From Haliotis rufescens (Eukaryota), in assembly GCF_023055435.1 (NCBI RefSeq), contig NW_025963891.1, positions 7,936,001 to 8,000,000 of the forward strand: 64,000 nt of DNA, in the 5' to 3' direction. Position 1 is the first letter of the stretch. Every line of letters starts with the position of its first letter. The translations under genes and the position numbers were made by a program. A model generated the notes under the pieces. That model was not told the origin of the DNA and did no database searches. It saw only the letters and a program-made list of their open reading frames with translations. Shown here in pieces: positions 47,701 through 61,700 of this stretch.

Positions 47701-50579
47701 TATTTTCTATTCATGAACTACATACTGCCCTCGGACAATCTCACGATACTGCTACTGGAGCTGATAACATACATTATCAACTCCTGAAGCACTTACCAGA
47801 ATCATGTTTACAATCACTGTTAAATATTTTGGATGAAATTTGGACGTCAGGACGATTTCCACCGTCTTTGCGTGATGCAATTGTTGTTCCAATACCTAAA
47901 CCAGGACGTGATCACACAGATCCATCAAATTATCGACCAATTTCATTGACAAGCTGCGTTTGCAAAACCATTGAACGCATGATAAATAATCGACTTGTTT
48001 GGTACTTAGAAACCAATAATCTCATTACAAATATACAATGTGGTTTCCGTACAGAAGTACTATCGATCATTTAGTACGTTTAGAATCATTTTTTAAAAAT
48101 GCCATAATAAACAAACAATATGCAGTGTCTATCTTTTTCGATCTCGAAAAAGCATATGACACTACATGGAAACATGGTATTTTAAAAGATTTACATAACT
48201 TTGGATTGCGACTTTTTAACAGACAGACAATTTCAAGTCCGCGTGGGCACTACCCTGTCTGATCATTATAATCAGGATCAGGGCGTCCCACAGGGCAGTA
48301 TTTTGTCTGTCACATTATTCAGCATAAAGATCAATAGTTTAACGAAAGTTTTAAATGATTCAATTGATGGATCACTTTTTGTGGATGATTTTAATATTTC
48401 CTGTCGTGGCAAAAACATGCATACAATCGAAAGGCAACTGCAGCTATGTTTAAATAAAATCCAGAAATGGTTCTTGGCAAATGGATTTAAATTCTCAAAA
48501 TCTAAAACAAACTGCATTCATTTTTGTAGAAAATAAAAACTGCACAAAGATCCGGAACTTATTTTAGATAACACTCCTATTACAGTTGTAAAAGAAGCCA
48601 AGTTCCTGGGTATAATTTTCTATCACCATTTGACTTTTCTGCCTCACATTAGATATTTCAAGAATAAATATCTGAATGCCCTGGATTTACTGAACGTTGT
48701 CTCAAATTCTAAGTGGGGAGGAGATAAGAAAACCCTCCTTCAACTATACAGAGCACTTATCCGCTCCAAATTAGAATATGATTCCATCATTTTTGGTGGA
48801 GCTTGTAAAAGCAGTTTAAAAATTCTAGATCCTATTCACCATCAAGGCCTGAGGCTTTGCCTTGGAACCTTCAGAACTACTCCAATACAAAGTCTGTATT
48901 TTGAGGGCTGATGAGCCGTCCCTTAAACAACGTCGCATTAAATTGTCTTTGCAATATGTATCTAAATTACGTCCTTTGAAATCAAGCCCAGCTTATGATT
49001 GTGTTTTTAATCCTCTATACAAAAATCTCTACCGAACAAAGTCATCTCTTCTTCCACCGCTTGGAATAAGAATAGCATCTCATATTTCTGCTGCGCAAAT
49101 AAAGCTTGAAAACATTGCCCCAAATCAGCTTTTCTCTTCTCCACCATGGCAGTTTGTGAAGCCAGAGGTGTACCTAACATTAACCAAATTAACGAAATCT
49201 GACACAAATCGATATATTTATCAACAACAATATCATGAATTACGCAACACATATGATACTTATTAATCTATATATACAGATGGATCCAAAGATGGTGACG
49301 CTGTTGCCAGCGCAAATGTCGTTGGATCCAGGACTATCCCATCCCACTTACCACTTTACTGTTCTATTTTTACAGCAGAAGCAAATGCTATTTTTAACAG
49401 CACTTAAATACATCAACAGCCAATCTAAACATAAACAGTTCATAATTTGTTCAGATTCTCTTTCTTGCCTCCAGGCTATTAAAACATATCATCCACGAAT
49501 CCACTTATAATTGAAATTATTGAATTGTTTAATGATCTTGCTACTGGCCAATACGACATCGTTTTCTGTTGGATACCCAGCCATGTTGGAATCACTGGGA
49601 ACACAATGGCCGATGCTGCTGCAATAGCAGCACTCAACAAATCCGTGACGCCACTTCGTATCCCGTACACCGATATCAAACCTCTTATCAGATGTTACAT
49701 CCGAGATCGGATGCAAAAGAAGTGGGACACCCAAGTAGGTATCAATAAATTACATGAAATTCAACCAACTATCGGTTACACCTACTTGGGTTGTCAGTCC
49801 AGATTTGAAGAGGTCGTAATGCGAAGATGTCGTATTGGCAATAGCAGATATACACATGAACATTTATTGAAAGGTGAGGATCCTCCATTTTGTATCCCTT
49901 GTGATGAGAGACTGTATTGATTTTGCCATCACAAGGGATAAATATTTATCTTCATCTGTCAAGGATCTTTTTAATAATATTAATTCTCTTTTAATCATTG
50001 GTTTTTTAAAAGAAATAGAATTGTTTGAACGTTTTTGATTAATCTGTTTTTTTAAATTGGTTGATTAAATAAGCAACTGAGATTGTCAGTGGCTGTATCC
50101 TCGAAGGGTGTTAAAGCACTGTAATATTATTGTCCCCCAGAGAGGATACGTAAGTTCCACATCACTCGAAATAAATTTAAGCCTACCACGATTTTGATCG
50201 TAGTATTTTTGTCAGTTTTGATTAATGGCTAAACTTGCATACAGTCGCCAGCGCCTGAAGGGATGGTGTAAATCCTGCTGGAGTCCATGTAGGTAGCAAA
50301 GGTACTATAAGTCCCCATGGTTCCTAGTATGGGGATCTCCCTTCAATTCCTGGCGATCTATAGGCCGTTTTTACAATGTATTGTTATGTTTAGTAACAGC
50401 TTTTTATGGTCACATAATAGTTTTGAAAATTGATATCTGTGATAAGTCTAGTAATTTTACTGTCCTTTGCTGACAGGTTTTTATATAGTCTAAATTAATG
50501 TTTTCTTAATGTATTAATTGCTTTAGTCACGATGTGGCTGAAATATTGCCGAAATATTCACTCACTCACTCACTCACTC
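44741..50579 (+). mobile_element. I-group LINE, inactivated (copy 2, duplicated with its flanks)
   Basis: Colinear with 30863-36658 and has the same flanks. Keeps the ORF1 end and ORF2 start (MNGSNKII*WNCRGL at about 46411) deleted in copy 1; (ACTC)5 tail. Confidence 0.92.
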
Positions 50580-50862
50580 AAGTTTATTTATATCAAGATT
50601 TTCACATGATAAACCACAGAAGTTTACAATCACAAGAGGCAATTATATGTCTTAAATGTGTGGCAGCAGCAATGTCAGTAATAAGAAATAAGAAATGTCA
50701 GTGAAATCATGAATGTCCAGGATTTGTCACTGCCGAATGTCTTGAATTAGACACGTGTTCCGTTCTTGAACCCAGGGAGGAGTGTCGGAGGCTGTGGCAG
50801 GTGCTCGATGTTTTCAGAGAGGTATCCTGTCCGCACTCGGTAATTAGATAATCTTTTGGAGT

Positions 50863-51112
50863 TTTATTTGTTGTTTAACGCCGCACTCAGCAATATTCCA
50901 GCTATATGACGGCGGTCTGTAAATAGTCGAGGCTGGACCAGACAATCCAGTGATTGATATCATGAGCAACGATACACGCAATTTGGATACGATGACATGT
51001 ATCTATCCAAGTCTGCGAGCCTGACCTACCGAACCCGTTAGTCGCCTCTTACGACAAGCATAGTCGCCTTTTACGGCAAGCATGGGTTGCTGAAGACATA
51101 TTCCAATCCCGA
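50863..51112 (-). mobile_element. SINE (family with LINE-like head)
   Basis: Paralog of 36940-37190. Confidence 0.8.
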
Positions 51113-51572
51113 GATATATTTTGACACTAGCTTGGGTTATGTCTAAGGTTAGGGTTATCTTAGTCTGTATGTATTTCTCAGCCCCTCAATCTGAAAGAAA
51201 AGTACAGGGAAGTCACCTAACCTGAAGTACAAATAATTAGGAGCTTTTTTACACTTTGACCAAATTACTTATATTTTCACAAAATGCAGTCCAAAACAAG
51301 TATCCCTAGTCGATGTTGTTATTCTCTTGTATACGTGAAGATTCACAACACAAGTCCGTCTGCGGGTCGATAACTCTTTATTATTTGGTGAGGTCCTCAA
51401 CTGAAGACCATTGATACCAACCACCCATCCCCCTCTGGGTTATAAATCTATGAGAAAGATGCCATATTCAAAAACATTTTGTATGACTGAGCTCATCATG
51501 ACTCGTCCACAATCCGTATGACACGGGGAGATGACTGAAAAGCCAACTGTATGAAGTTTAAGTCCCAACATT

Positions 51573-52045
51573 CTGAGTGAGTGAGTGAGTTTAATTAAAG
51601 TCACGTCGGCAATATTTCAGCCATAATGTGACTTGAACGAGTTGGACAATATTAATAAAAAACTGTCGACGAAGGACAATATAATAACTAGCAATATATC
51701 ACAGATTGACTTAAAACTAGTTCTAGAACATTAAAACTATTTGATCATTTGAATACGACACAATATAAAAATGGGGCTAAAGATCACCAGCAACAAGGTT
51801 AAGGTCACCATACTAGGGACCAAGGGGACTTACGGTACCTCTGCTACCTGCATGGTTCCCCAGAAGGATTTACACCTTTACCCAAGTTACTGGTGATTGT
51901 TGCAAGTTTAACCAGAGATTAAAATCAACAAATATTCTGCAGTTTAAATAGAGGTAGATATAAACATACTTTGAAAGAGGTGGTTTTACATACCCTCTCA
52001 GGGGGACAATAATTTTACGCCCCAACATTCTGAGGACATAACTGG
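51573..52045 (-). mobile_element. Inverted LINE 3'-UTR fragment
   Basis: Paralog of 37653-38130. Confidence 0.75.
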
Positions 52046-53909
52046 CTTTTCACACACCTATAAGTAAATATTGCCTGTCCTCACGTACCTCATAAGGATT
52101 GTGAATGAGGTACCACAGTCAAAAAAATACATCAACAATGGATTTTCAAAGATACATTTGAAGTTAAATTTCGTGTGATGTTTATTATTTGAGGGTGACC
52201 CTTTTTTACAGATACATACGACTACGATATACAATCAATGCCATAAACACATACAACCAATTGAATGTTGATATTGATATATTTACAGTCGAGAATCTGT
52301 CACCACAAGCCAAATAGTAAATATACCACAAACTATAAAGTTGCGTAAATTCGGTGGAAGTATATATTTATGTGCAAGTGCTGGTATAAATCTTATAACT
52401 ATAACTAAATTAGCCCTAGCACATCAATGTACAGCACAGCCATGTTCGTTCCATACCATTACACTCTCATAAAATGAACATTTCTCATCACAATAATTCT
52501 GTCTAAAAGTGTAACTCGCCTCGGGTTGAAAGGCCATCGCACAATCCACCAGCTAACTCTACCGCATAACTATATGGAACCTGGGGGTTCTCCAAGACCC
52601 AAGGCAATGGCCTGATGGCTCTTTATCCCCAGGTGCCTTATCCTTGTGTATTTACAGTTGACATCAATCTTAGAACACGACATGCAGACTGACTGGATGC
52701 TTTTCACAATTTCTGTCTATCATAAATGAATATATACCATACTCTGATGATTACCGAACTGCCAGTTGTATGTGGATACTATATTATATAACATTACAAA
52801 TATTTACATCCGAACATATATCTTTGGATAATACTGTTAAATATCCATTTCACATAAACAACTTGCATCAGTTTGATGTCGTCTTTTAAATGATACAGGT
52901 GTATAATGGAAACGTATGCTACAGCACTTATAATCTGCGCTTATCATGTTATAGCGAGTTCCATCATATGCAGGTAAAAAATAATTATCTAACTAAATAT
53001 TAACTAAACAGCATCACGACACGTTAATTATATTACACACTGATGCATGCATAACTTTGTATGAAAAGGAGCACATTCATATGTCCATGATTGCCATGGC
53101 ACCGGCAGCTTCAGCACGACATGAAGATCAAAGTACGAAGTATTACAACCAAAGGCAAACAGTGACATTGGTTATTTGTTTCACTAAATACTTACTGCAA
53201 ATCAGATTCCATGAAGATACACAACGAAATTTCCATATGCATGCAATGGCAATGTCGAGGAAGTTGGTAACAGGTCCAGTCCTCGAAATTCACACTAACG
53301 TGATTAGTTCATAAGTTAATCTTTTAGAAGATGTCGAAGCCAGGGCCGCATGAAGGTAGCAAAGCAGGACCTTTTGCGAATTAATTTCGATGATTTGCTA
53401 CCTCTACTTAAAAGTTATATTCCATTATGTCTCTGAGATTCTAAAATGATATAATTAAAACTGAAAAAGGTGTTCAAGAACCAAAGAAAATGAACTTCCT
53501 TCCACCATTGCATCATACATTATTTAACTCCAAACAAGTCCTACAAAGTGAACACTTTAATGATTCGATGGCACATTTATCAGACTATGTGATTACAGAG
53601 ATTTGCATACGCATCTGATGGATTTTTTTGGAATATATGATAAAAAGTGGGCAAATTGAAATAATGAACCAGTTGAATACATTTCTGCGTGCATCAAATT
53701 AATCTATTCGTAACATAGTTACTGGAATGATTCACAAACTTCATCGACATGAGCATAGACAAAAAACACCAATTTAGTTGTGTCATTATTCCAACTGTCA
53801 ACTGTCAACCAATATATCACTTTCATTTGTAAGCAAACACTATATGAACTATCTGTTCAAGGCTGTTTCCATTAATGGATAACTTTTAATCCATCACATG
53901 AAGCCAGTC

Positions 53910-54860
53910 TGAAATGGAAACATGTGACAATCATAAATTATTTCTATGTATTCGTAGAATTTCTAAAACATCTGTAAATAAACCTCTTCCCGCTTTGTAC
54001 TGGATTCCCAATCTTTATAAAAATCCATATAATGAGAGAAATAGTGCAGGGTCTGCCAAGGCAAAACTACTATCAATAATTCAGACAGATGGAGTTAATC
54101 ACATATGGCTCTTGAAAGAGTCAAAAGAAATACTGTATATACTGTCAGACCAGAAACACTAATTCAAGTCAAAAATAATTTTAATTTTTTCTCCCTTTTG
54201 CACAATAGTCCCTCACAATAACTTGAAAGGGAACTTGTATTCCCTAAATAGTAGGGATTTTGTTTCAAAAGTAACTTTACTCAAAAATATTCAGATTCAC
54301 AAATAAGTGAGTATGTGGGCTGGATTTCCTGATTGACAATATATTTGTCAAACATGAGGATAGAACATGTCATGGATTTCCTAGTTGATCTGTTTCTCTT
54401 TGCATATGTATTGGAATTTGTTAAATTGTTAACGACTTTAGTTAAATCAATGAAAGGACGCGTTGCCAATAAGTGCAACCTCAGTTTAAGATATATGAAT
54501 GATCTAATTACTTTCAACAATGCCAAGGTAAATGGGTATGTTCACCTCATCTATCCACCATAGCAGTCGGAAAGCAACGAAACGAAGACAAAGGAGAAAC
54601 CATATTCAGAGTCTAGTCTGGATCTGTCCTCAGAAATGCAAACTGATCGCACCCACTGTACAAAGCTGTACGACAAGAGGGGTGGTTACAGATTCCAAAC
54701 GTGAATTTCCCCTTCATGTTGAGGCATACAGCATCAGCTCCATCTACAATTTTCAATTGCTTTGGTAATTTTAATAAAGCATGTACATTTTATTTGATGA
54801 TGATTTATACGGAAAAGGTTGATTAATGGACAAAAGGGGCATGGTACGATGAAGAGCGGA
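53910..54860 (+). mobile_element. Decayed Penelope-like retroelement
   Basis: Paralog of 39980-40930; ORF 54333-54563 ends RYMNDLITFNNAKVNGYVHLIYPP. Confidence 0.7.
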
Positions 54861-55335
54861 TGTGAATTCCCCCAACAAATTTACGTAGCACAGCACAGCT
54901 TAGATTATTCATGTAATAGTCAGCTTCAAATGCTTCATGGTTTCAGAAGAATTCTCAGTATTGAAATGTTTACATTGGACAAACGACAATAGGAACACTC
55001 AATTAACAATTAAAAGTTGTTTTGTATTCAGAAGGTGGTTTTGACATACATAGTTGACTAAAATGGATATCGGGGTTTTGCAATAAATGACCTTGCTTAT
55101 TGTAAGTCATTGTACTCTATTGGCATAGACCATGACATAAAGTCATGTTGAAGCCTAACAATTTAAAGACCGATTTAATGTAAAATTAAACTAAATCAAG
55201 AGTCAAGGAAAACTTACAGAATCAGAAAAAAATCATCAATTCATGTCGACAGATAAATGTTTCATCTCAAACAAAAACATATATGAAACTCCTGACGATT
55301 GAAAATAAACCATTTCTTTCACTTTCATAATTATT

Positions 55336-55616
55336 AGTGAGCGCGTTTGGTTTCACACCGCTTTGATTAGTGTTCCAGTTACATTACGGCATATCAGCTT
55401 AATGTAGGAGGAACGCCCGGGGTGATGCACGTCTCAGACGTTTATAGTTTTTGTGAAACCCACAAGCACGGGTATGTAGCTGACATAACTAGAAATATAA
55501 TCTGGGCAAAACACTCGTTGATTCAACCCACGATCATAGGTTTCTTGCGTGCCCAAGGGACGCAGCTCTGAACAGCAAATTGCGGCGCCTTATACGACGG
55601 GGACACCCGTGACCCC
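55336..55616 (-). mobile_element. tRNA-derived SINE
   Basis: Paralog of 27296-27580. Confidence 0.7.
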
Positions 55617-55783
55617 TTACAATCATGATGTAAGTATTTAAATTAGATAAACATGTACAATTAAGCATTTACAGATCAAGTTGGGAAGGTGTGGCATCGA
55701 TGTCTTCGCCAATAGAGGGTTATGTGTCCATGAATTGGTTCATTTTGGATTTCATGCAATAATAGTAAAAGATTTTTACCTTT

Positions 55784-56968
55784 TCAAATGACAAGGGCAA
55801 AGAAAATAATACCACAACCAACATTAAGCAGAAAGAATAATTTAAGACACAGAGCATCAACTGCAAGTGATACATCTTTCCAGGTGACCACTGTATTGCA
55901 CTTCTTCTGATCAATGTCTTCAACTGGATCGTCCTGTTCATCAGATTCCATTGCATTCATAGGCGGATTAGGAATAACATATTTCCAAAATGTGACATAA
56001 TTCTGCAACACTACAGGTACATCTCCCGTTCTCTGATGGATCTTAAGAATGAAAACTGATATTGCCACAGTAAGGGAGCTGAGAGTGAGGAGCAGGGTCA
56101 TGTAGATGGTGAGGTAGGACGTCTGTAGGGATGTCCTGGGCATGTTGTTGCTCATCTGCGTCAGAAACAAGCTGAATGAGAGGAGAACCGTCATGGAGAG
56201 AGACACTTTATCCCCGTATTGTATAGGCAGAGCAAAGACCACGGAGCTGAGGAGGGACAGAACCATGACAGGGATGATGAGATTGAGGACATAATATGAC
56301 GCCCGACGCTGTAAGATTGCTGTTACAACGATTTCAGGAAATTTGTTATCAGCGGTAGCGGATGACAAAGTTTTAATCTTCCACAGTCCATTCACATTAG
56401 TTGTGACGGTACTGCTGTTTTCATCAATTGAAGGTATGAAACGAGCAGATGTGTTCGTGGTCGTCCACGTGGAGAGATTCAGATGGCAGGTCTGAGTATC
56501 AAATGGAAAATGTGTAATGTCAAAGTCACACTGACTTTGGTAGAGATCCCCTTGTTCCCATTCAACCGTTCCAGAATGATGTACACAAGCAGGCGCATTC
56601 AGATTGTTCAGCAGCTTGCGCTCTTCAACTGTGTTCATGAGCGTTATGTCGGGCATCCATATATTTTCACTTGACATACAGATCATCTCTATCCCTGCAT
56701 AATCCGAAATGTTCCACCTCAATGAATCATCCCGCCACTTAAAGGAAAACCATCCATTTGTGGTCATCGATTGTCGCCTCTCATTAAGCTCCGTAATTTG
56801 CGACAAAGTAAATCTTACGTCTATATCCAACCTGGTTTCACTTGGAAAAACTTGCGGCTCATAGTCATCTTGCAAAAAATGAAGAAGTCTCTTCTGTTCT
56901 TTGATGCTGGTCCCTCCACATAAACAGATCAATGTAGTCAAGCAGATGAAATGTTTGAAGATCACCAT
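55784..56968 (-). CDS. Intronless atypical nAChR-like subunit, paralog D (394 aa)
   Basis: Complete ORF colinear with A; loop E TVEWEQ, loop B TNTSA. Confidence 0.95.
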   Translation of the reverse strand: MVIFKHFICLTTLICLCGGTSIKEQKRLLHFLQDDYEPQVFPSETRLDIDVRFTLSQITELNERRQSMTTNGWFSFKWRDDSLRWNISDYAGIEMICMSSENIWMPDITLMNTVEERKLLNNLNAPACVHHSGTVEWEQGDLYQSQCDFDITHFPFDTQTCHLNLSTWTTTNTSARFIPSIDENSSTVTTNVNGLWKIKTLSSATADNKFPEIVVTAILQRRASYYVLNLIIPVMVLSLLSSVVFALPIQYGDKVSLSMTVLLSFSLFLTQMSNNMPRTSLQTSYLTIYMTLLLTLSSLTVAISVFILKIHQRTGDVPVVLQNYVTFWKYVIPNPPMNAMESDEQDDPVEDIDQKKCNTVVTWKDVSLAVDALCLKLFFLLNVGCGIIFFALVI

Positions 56969-57952
56969 TGCTACCTATCTATACATGCATCTGTACTGAA
57001 TACCAGACTGAGAGATGTTCGATAGGAGAAATGCTTAACACTACTGAATAGTATTTCAGTTATATCAAAGCGTGTCAGCTTAATGTTAAAGGAACACCCT
57101 CGACAGCAGGCGTCAATACCTTTTGGGTGATTTTATGTTCGTGTTTCACACTCAAGTGTTATAATGGAACCTGCTGTAGTTCAAGTATTAACACGAGAAA
57201 TCATAAAATTTCGCCTCTTCTCTCAATGGCTCAACACACTGGCAACGTGAAAACCCATTACTGGCTAAGGAGCATAATGGCATAGGAGTATTTTCACAAT
57301 CATTCTGTTATCATATTGCATCTGTGGAACAGACGGGATTCTGGTTTAATGCAAATAACTGATTACTTCAGTAATATGTTTTGGATGCTATACCTGCGTT
57401 GATGATTTTATTACTGGTGGTTATTTTACAATGTGACGCCACTGCATACAGAACATAGAGGTGCCAACACAATCATAATAGGAATTTACTAATAAACTTT
57501 CTTTGTTCTATAATGAAAGAGGACGCATACATCTGAAAACAGTTTAGGTTTTAGAATGTTTGTGATAATGAAGTGATAATGCTAAAAAGGTTTTAGACAC
57601 CTCCAACTGCATTTGACTTTGGTCATTACTGGCGATATTGCAAAATAAATATCTCTTATTTCAGAAACTGTTTTTGATCACGAATTGAAAGATACTAGCA
57701 GCAACTCTTACAGGGCATGGTGGCGAAATATTTCACAACAGATAACAGTATCGCATGAGACCAGAGGATTCTAAGTGCTCTTAGGTTTGTGATCTCATGG
57801 ATTCTTGGGACAAGAAAGAAAAAGTTGGAGTATCAGGCAACACATCGTCCAGTGAATACATAAAGGAGGTTGATATAGGGTTCAATGTGGCAATTGTACA
57901 GTCAAATACTCACAGAAACCTGGATTGTCTATTGGTTTTCATCCGTTATGGT

Positions 57953-58213
57953 TTTGGTTGTTGGTTGGTTGGTTGTTTAACGATGCACTCAGCAATATTC
58001 CAACTATATGACGGCGGTCTGTAAATAGTCGAGTCTGGACCAGACAATCCAGTGATTGACATCATGAGCAACGATACACGCAATTTGGATACGATGACAT
58101 GTATCTAACCAAGTCTGCGCGCCTGGCCACCCGAACCCGTTAGTCGCCTCTTACGCCAAGCATAGTCGCCTTTTACGGCAAGCATGGGTTGCTGAAGACA
58201 TATTCCAATCCCG
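57953..58213 (-). mobile_element. SINE (family with LINE-like head)
   Basis: Paralog of 20325-20592. Confidence 0.8.
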
Positions 58214-58386
58214 ATTCATATTTTGACACTAGCTTGGGTTATGTCTAAGGTTAGGGTTATCTTAGTCTGTATGTATATCTCAGCCCCACAATCTGGAAGA
58301 AAAATACAGGGAAGCACCTAACCTGAAGTACAATTAATTAGGAGCTTTTGATTGGTACACTGATTAAAATGCCATGTGTTGCCTAC

Positions 58387-58743
58387 CTCCTTGGAGAGTG
58401 ACGAAGAGTGAATCGAAAATAGGAATGCACCCGTGATCAGTTGCAGATATTGGAACAACATTGTCCCTTCCAGGTGCCAAGAACTGTCAGGTTGTGAAGG
58501 GAATCGTATTGACGCCAAATGTACGTGTCTGATTCGGTCACACATTTGGCATAACAATTCCAGGAAAGAGATGTTGTTAGACGTCCGTGTGTACGTACAT
58601 TCAGCAAATCCGGTGCCGCCTGTCCATTGTTGAGGAATATGCTGCACCCTATCTGCACCCAATGGAGCCTCAAACAGGCGGTCTGTGCAACATGGGGCGG
58701 CTGCCAACGTTGATGCAATGAAGATAGCAAACAGCAATGGCAA
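58387..58743 (-). pseudogene. Second, internally deleted copy of the ependymin-like remnant
   Basis: LPLLFAIFIASTLAAAPCCTDRLFE exon followed by a gtacgt donor, fused at CCAAAT (58515-58520) to the 3' part of the exon seen at 20766-20899; start ATG lost. Confidence 0.45.
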
Positions 58744-61700
58744 CGGTGTATATGAATGCATATCTCTACCACAGACTTGTATAAAGCTACATTCCCTATG
58801 TAAGGATAAAGATAACGTGACATAAATAAAAGCCACAAAACCCTCTCCATAATTACAAGAAATCGTAAAGCAGTGCGATTCCAACTCTATCGTGAGCATG
58901 TCTTTCCTAATCAATTTCAAATAATGACACCAGGTGTTCGCAAAAAGGTTTGGTATATTGTCCACCGGTGGCATACCACACAATGATAAGACAATGATAC
59001 AATATTTGCAAAGAAAATAATTGTTTCATACTAAAAAGGCATTATAGTTTTATTCTTATTAATTAAAACAAATTAATGACATATATCAGTCTCTATGGTT
59101 ATTTAAAAAACTTATATAACGTATTCATAGAATAACCACTCTCGATTAACTGGGCGTGAAAGGCAAAATAGAGGTGAATCCTTATGAACTGATCACTGAA
59201 AATCAGTGATGGAACCAGTTGTTTGAAAAACATGGAAAACAGAACACTTAATCTTACTCCATTATACACAAAAGCATATTTCAATAACAGATATTTTCGT
59301 TCTTCAGTATTTGCTTTGTGTCTTGGTGGTTCACACATTGAGAGATTAGTCAACAGTATTCACTGTATGCTACAGCGACATTTTAGTTACAACACCAACT
59401 GTTCTTACAATTATAAATTTCCTAGCACGTCATGATTGAGCAGGTCAAAGTCCTTTGAAAAAAAAGAAGCATTATTCTTTTTTTTTTTGTCACCAATTTT
59501 CCAGGGCAAGAATGAAGGCATCCTCTCAGCTGTTGTGAAATAGCTTTAGTGTTTCTAACAAGAGCTTTCTCAAAATCATTCACTCACATCAAGAATCAAG
59601 AAGTTTGAGTGAGTGAGTGAGTGAGTGAGTGAGTGAGTGAGAGTACTTTCAACAGTATTTCAGTTATATCTGTCAGCAATATGCAGAAGGAAAGCTCAGA
59701 GGAGTGAAGGTCTTAGAAGTTCATAGTCCTTGGTGAAACTGGAAGCATGGTTACAGTGCTGACAAACTAAGAATAATAACAGGGCAAATCTGCCCTGATC
59801 ATAGGATGGATGCACACCTAATGATTGCAACTTAGCATTAGAAGGTGCAATATCTTGGATGACTGGCCACCCATATCCCATGGGAAGTATCTGACAACTG
59901 AACTCACACACAGTGAATCCATTCATGGCAAATAGCTGCAGTGGCCTAAATAGTCCTGGGTCAGACACCTCAATCATGTATCACACTCCAAGGCACTGAC
60001 ATCTAAACGAGACAGCTTCAGAAAGCACAAGAGAGATCTTTATTGTCATCAAACTTCTGTTTCCTAGTTACCAACAACATAACAAAACACAGATTGTAAA
60101 ATTTATTGAACTCCACAATATCTATGGAGTTTTTCAACTCCGCCCGATCACATTGCGATGACATGACAGAAGAAAGCCTGACATTAACAACACTTCAAGT
60201 CAATCTTGTCACTGGACTAGACACGTGTATGTGTTCCAGACAAATGTCATAAGGACCATAAATTCAAGCAACTTGTGCCATAATGAACACAAGCTCTTAC
60301 GAGTTTGGAGAAACAGATTTTGGTCCAAACAGTTATTTTAAGTGAGGTATGTTTTAATAATTGACTATGCAAAAAATATTCTATCTTGAACAGTGGAACA
60401 GTGCAGTTAGTAATATAAGAGAATCTGAATTGTTTTGAGCTTTTGTTTTATCGGTGAGAAAGTGACTTCAAATATATGGATTTCAAACCAACATTTTCCT
60501 GCCTAGTTAATTGAACGTATTGCCTTGAACCATTAACCATGTGGATTATTCCGACATGTAAGGATATGAATGTTTAGTTTGCTAAGGGCAGTCAATGAAA
60601 CATGGACTTGATTCAAATTGTGCTTTACAAGGTGTATATTTACACTGACACTGGTTTCACACACTGGGAATCTGTACACTGTCTTGTAAGAAATGTACAT
60701 AACATACAGCGATATAAAATTAGCATGCCATACATCAACATTTACAAAGCATAGATCAGAAAACGGACATGATATTGTGGTCAACATATCTTGCATACTG
60801 AATCACAAGAATAGAAAAAAACATAATGTCCATCTTTTTACCATTTCCAAGTATTTTGTTCTTCACACCTCTGGATGATGTCTGCATTGAAACATTTGAA
60901 ATATACTACAATGAAATGTAATACACCACATGTTATAAGTGATAAATACAATTAAAGTGACTGTTATATTGTTCACATTATAAAATAACAAACATATTTT
61001 CTTGCTTGTTGTTTACCACCATACTGTAAGGGTAATGCTATTCTTCAGGGCATTATCATTTGTTGAAGCCTGAGGTTTTTCATTTAACTGCCCGACGAAG
61101 GAGGGCAGTTGAAAAGACCGAGGGTTTCTGCAAATGGCAATGCCCTGAAAAAAAGCGTTACCGTTATTATAGCTAAAATGGATGGAATTTGCTATCAAAT
61201 AAAAAAAACCACTATCAGTTTGGGAACATTTACTGCAATCAACATGAATGTCACTGACCCACTTTTACAAATATGGAAACGTCATTGAACAAACCAGATG
61301 ACGTCAGTATAGAACATTAGGGCATTATTAAGTTACAGTGGTCAGCTCATTTCTGTTAACATGCGGGTGGTTTAATGATAATACTATCCGTTTTAGCTAT
61401 AATAAGCAATATTCAATTATATGGTGGCAGCCTGTAAATAATTGAGTCTAGACCAGACAATCTATTGATTGGCATAATGAACAATGATCCAAGCTGTCGG
61501 GGTACAATGACACGCCAAGTCACCAAATCTGATCACCCAATCCATTAGTTGCCTTATGACAAGCATATTCTTACCTGGAATCCACACGGTATAAACTAAT
61601 AATGGAGCACAGAAATGTTACCCTGAATGACAGTGATTGAGGTGTCATGCTGTCACCAATATGTGAAGACACATGACAGTTTTCTACACCAAATAGATTT

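Noticed and set aside
29150-57100. The 14-kb duplication as an uncollapsed-haplotype assembly artefact
   Set aside because: The copies differ by many indels and substitutions and the array has four distinct mosaic genes. Considered unlikely, but only long reads can exclude it.
58318-58983. 221-aa ORF as a novel gene
   Set aside because: Chance fusion across a deletion junction of pseudo-exon and intron sequence.
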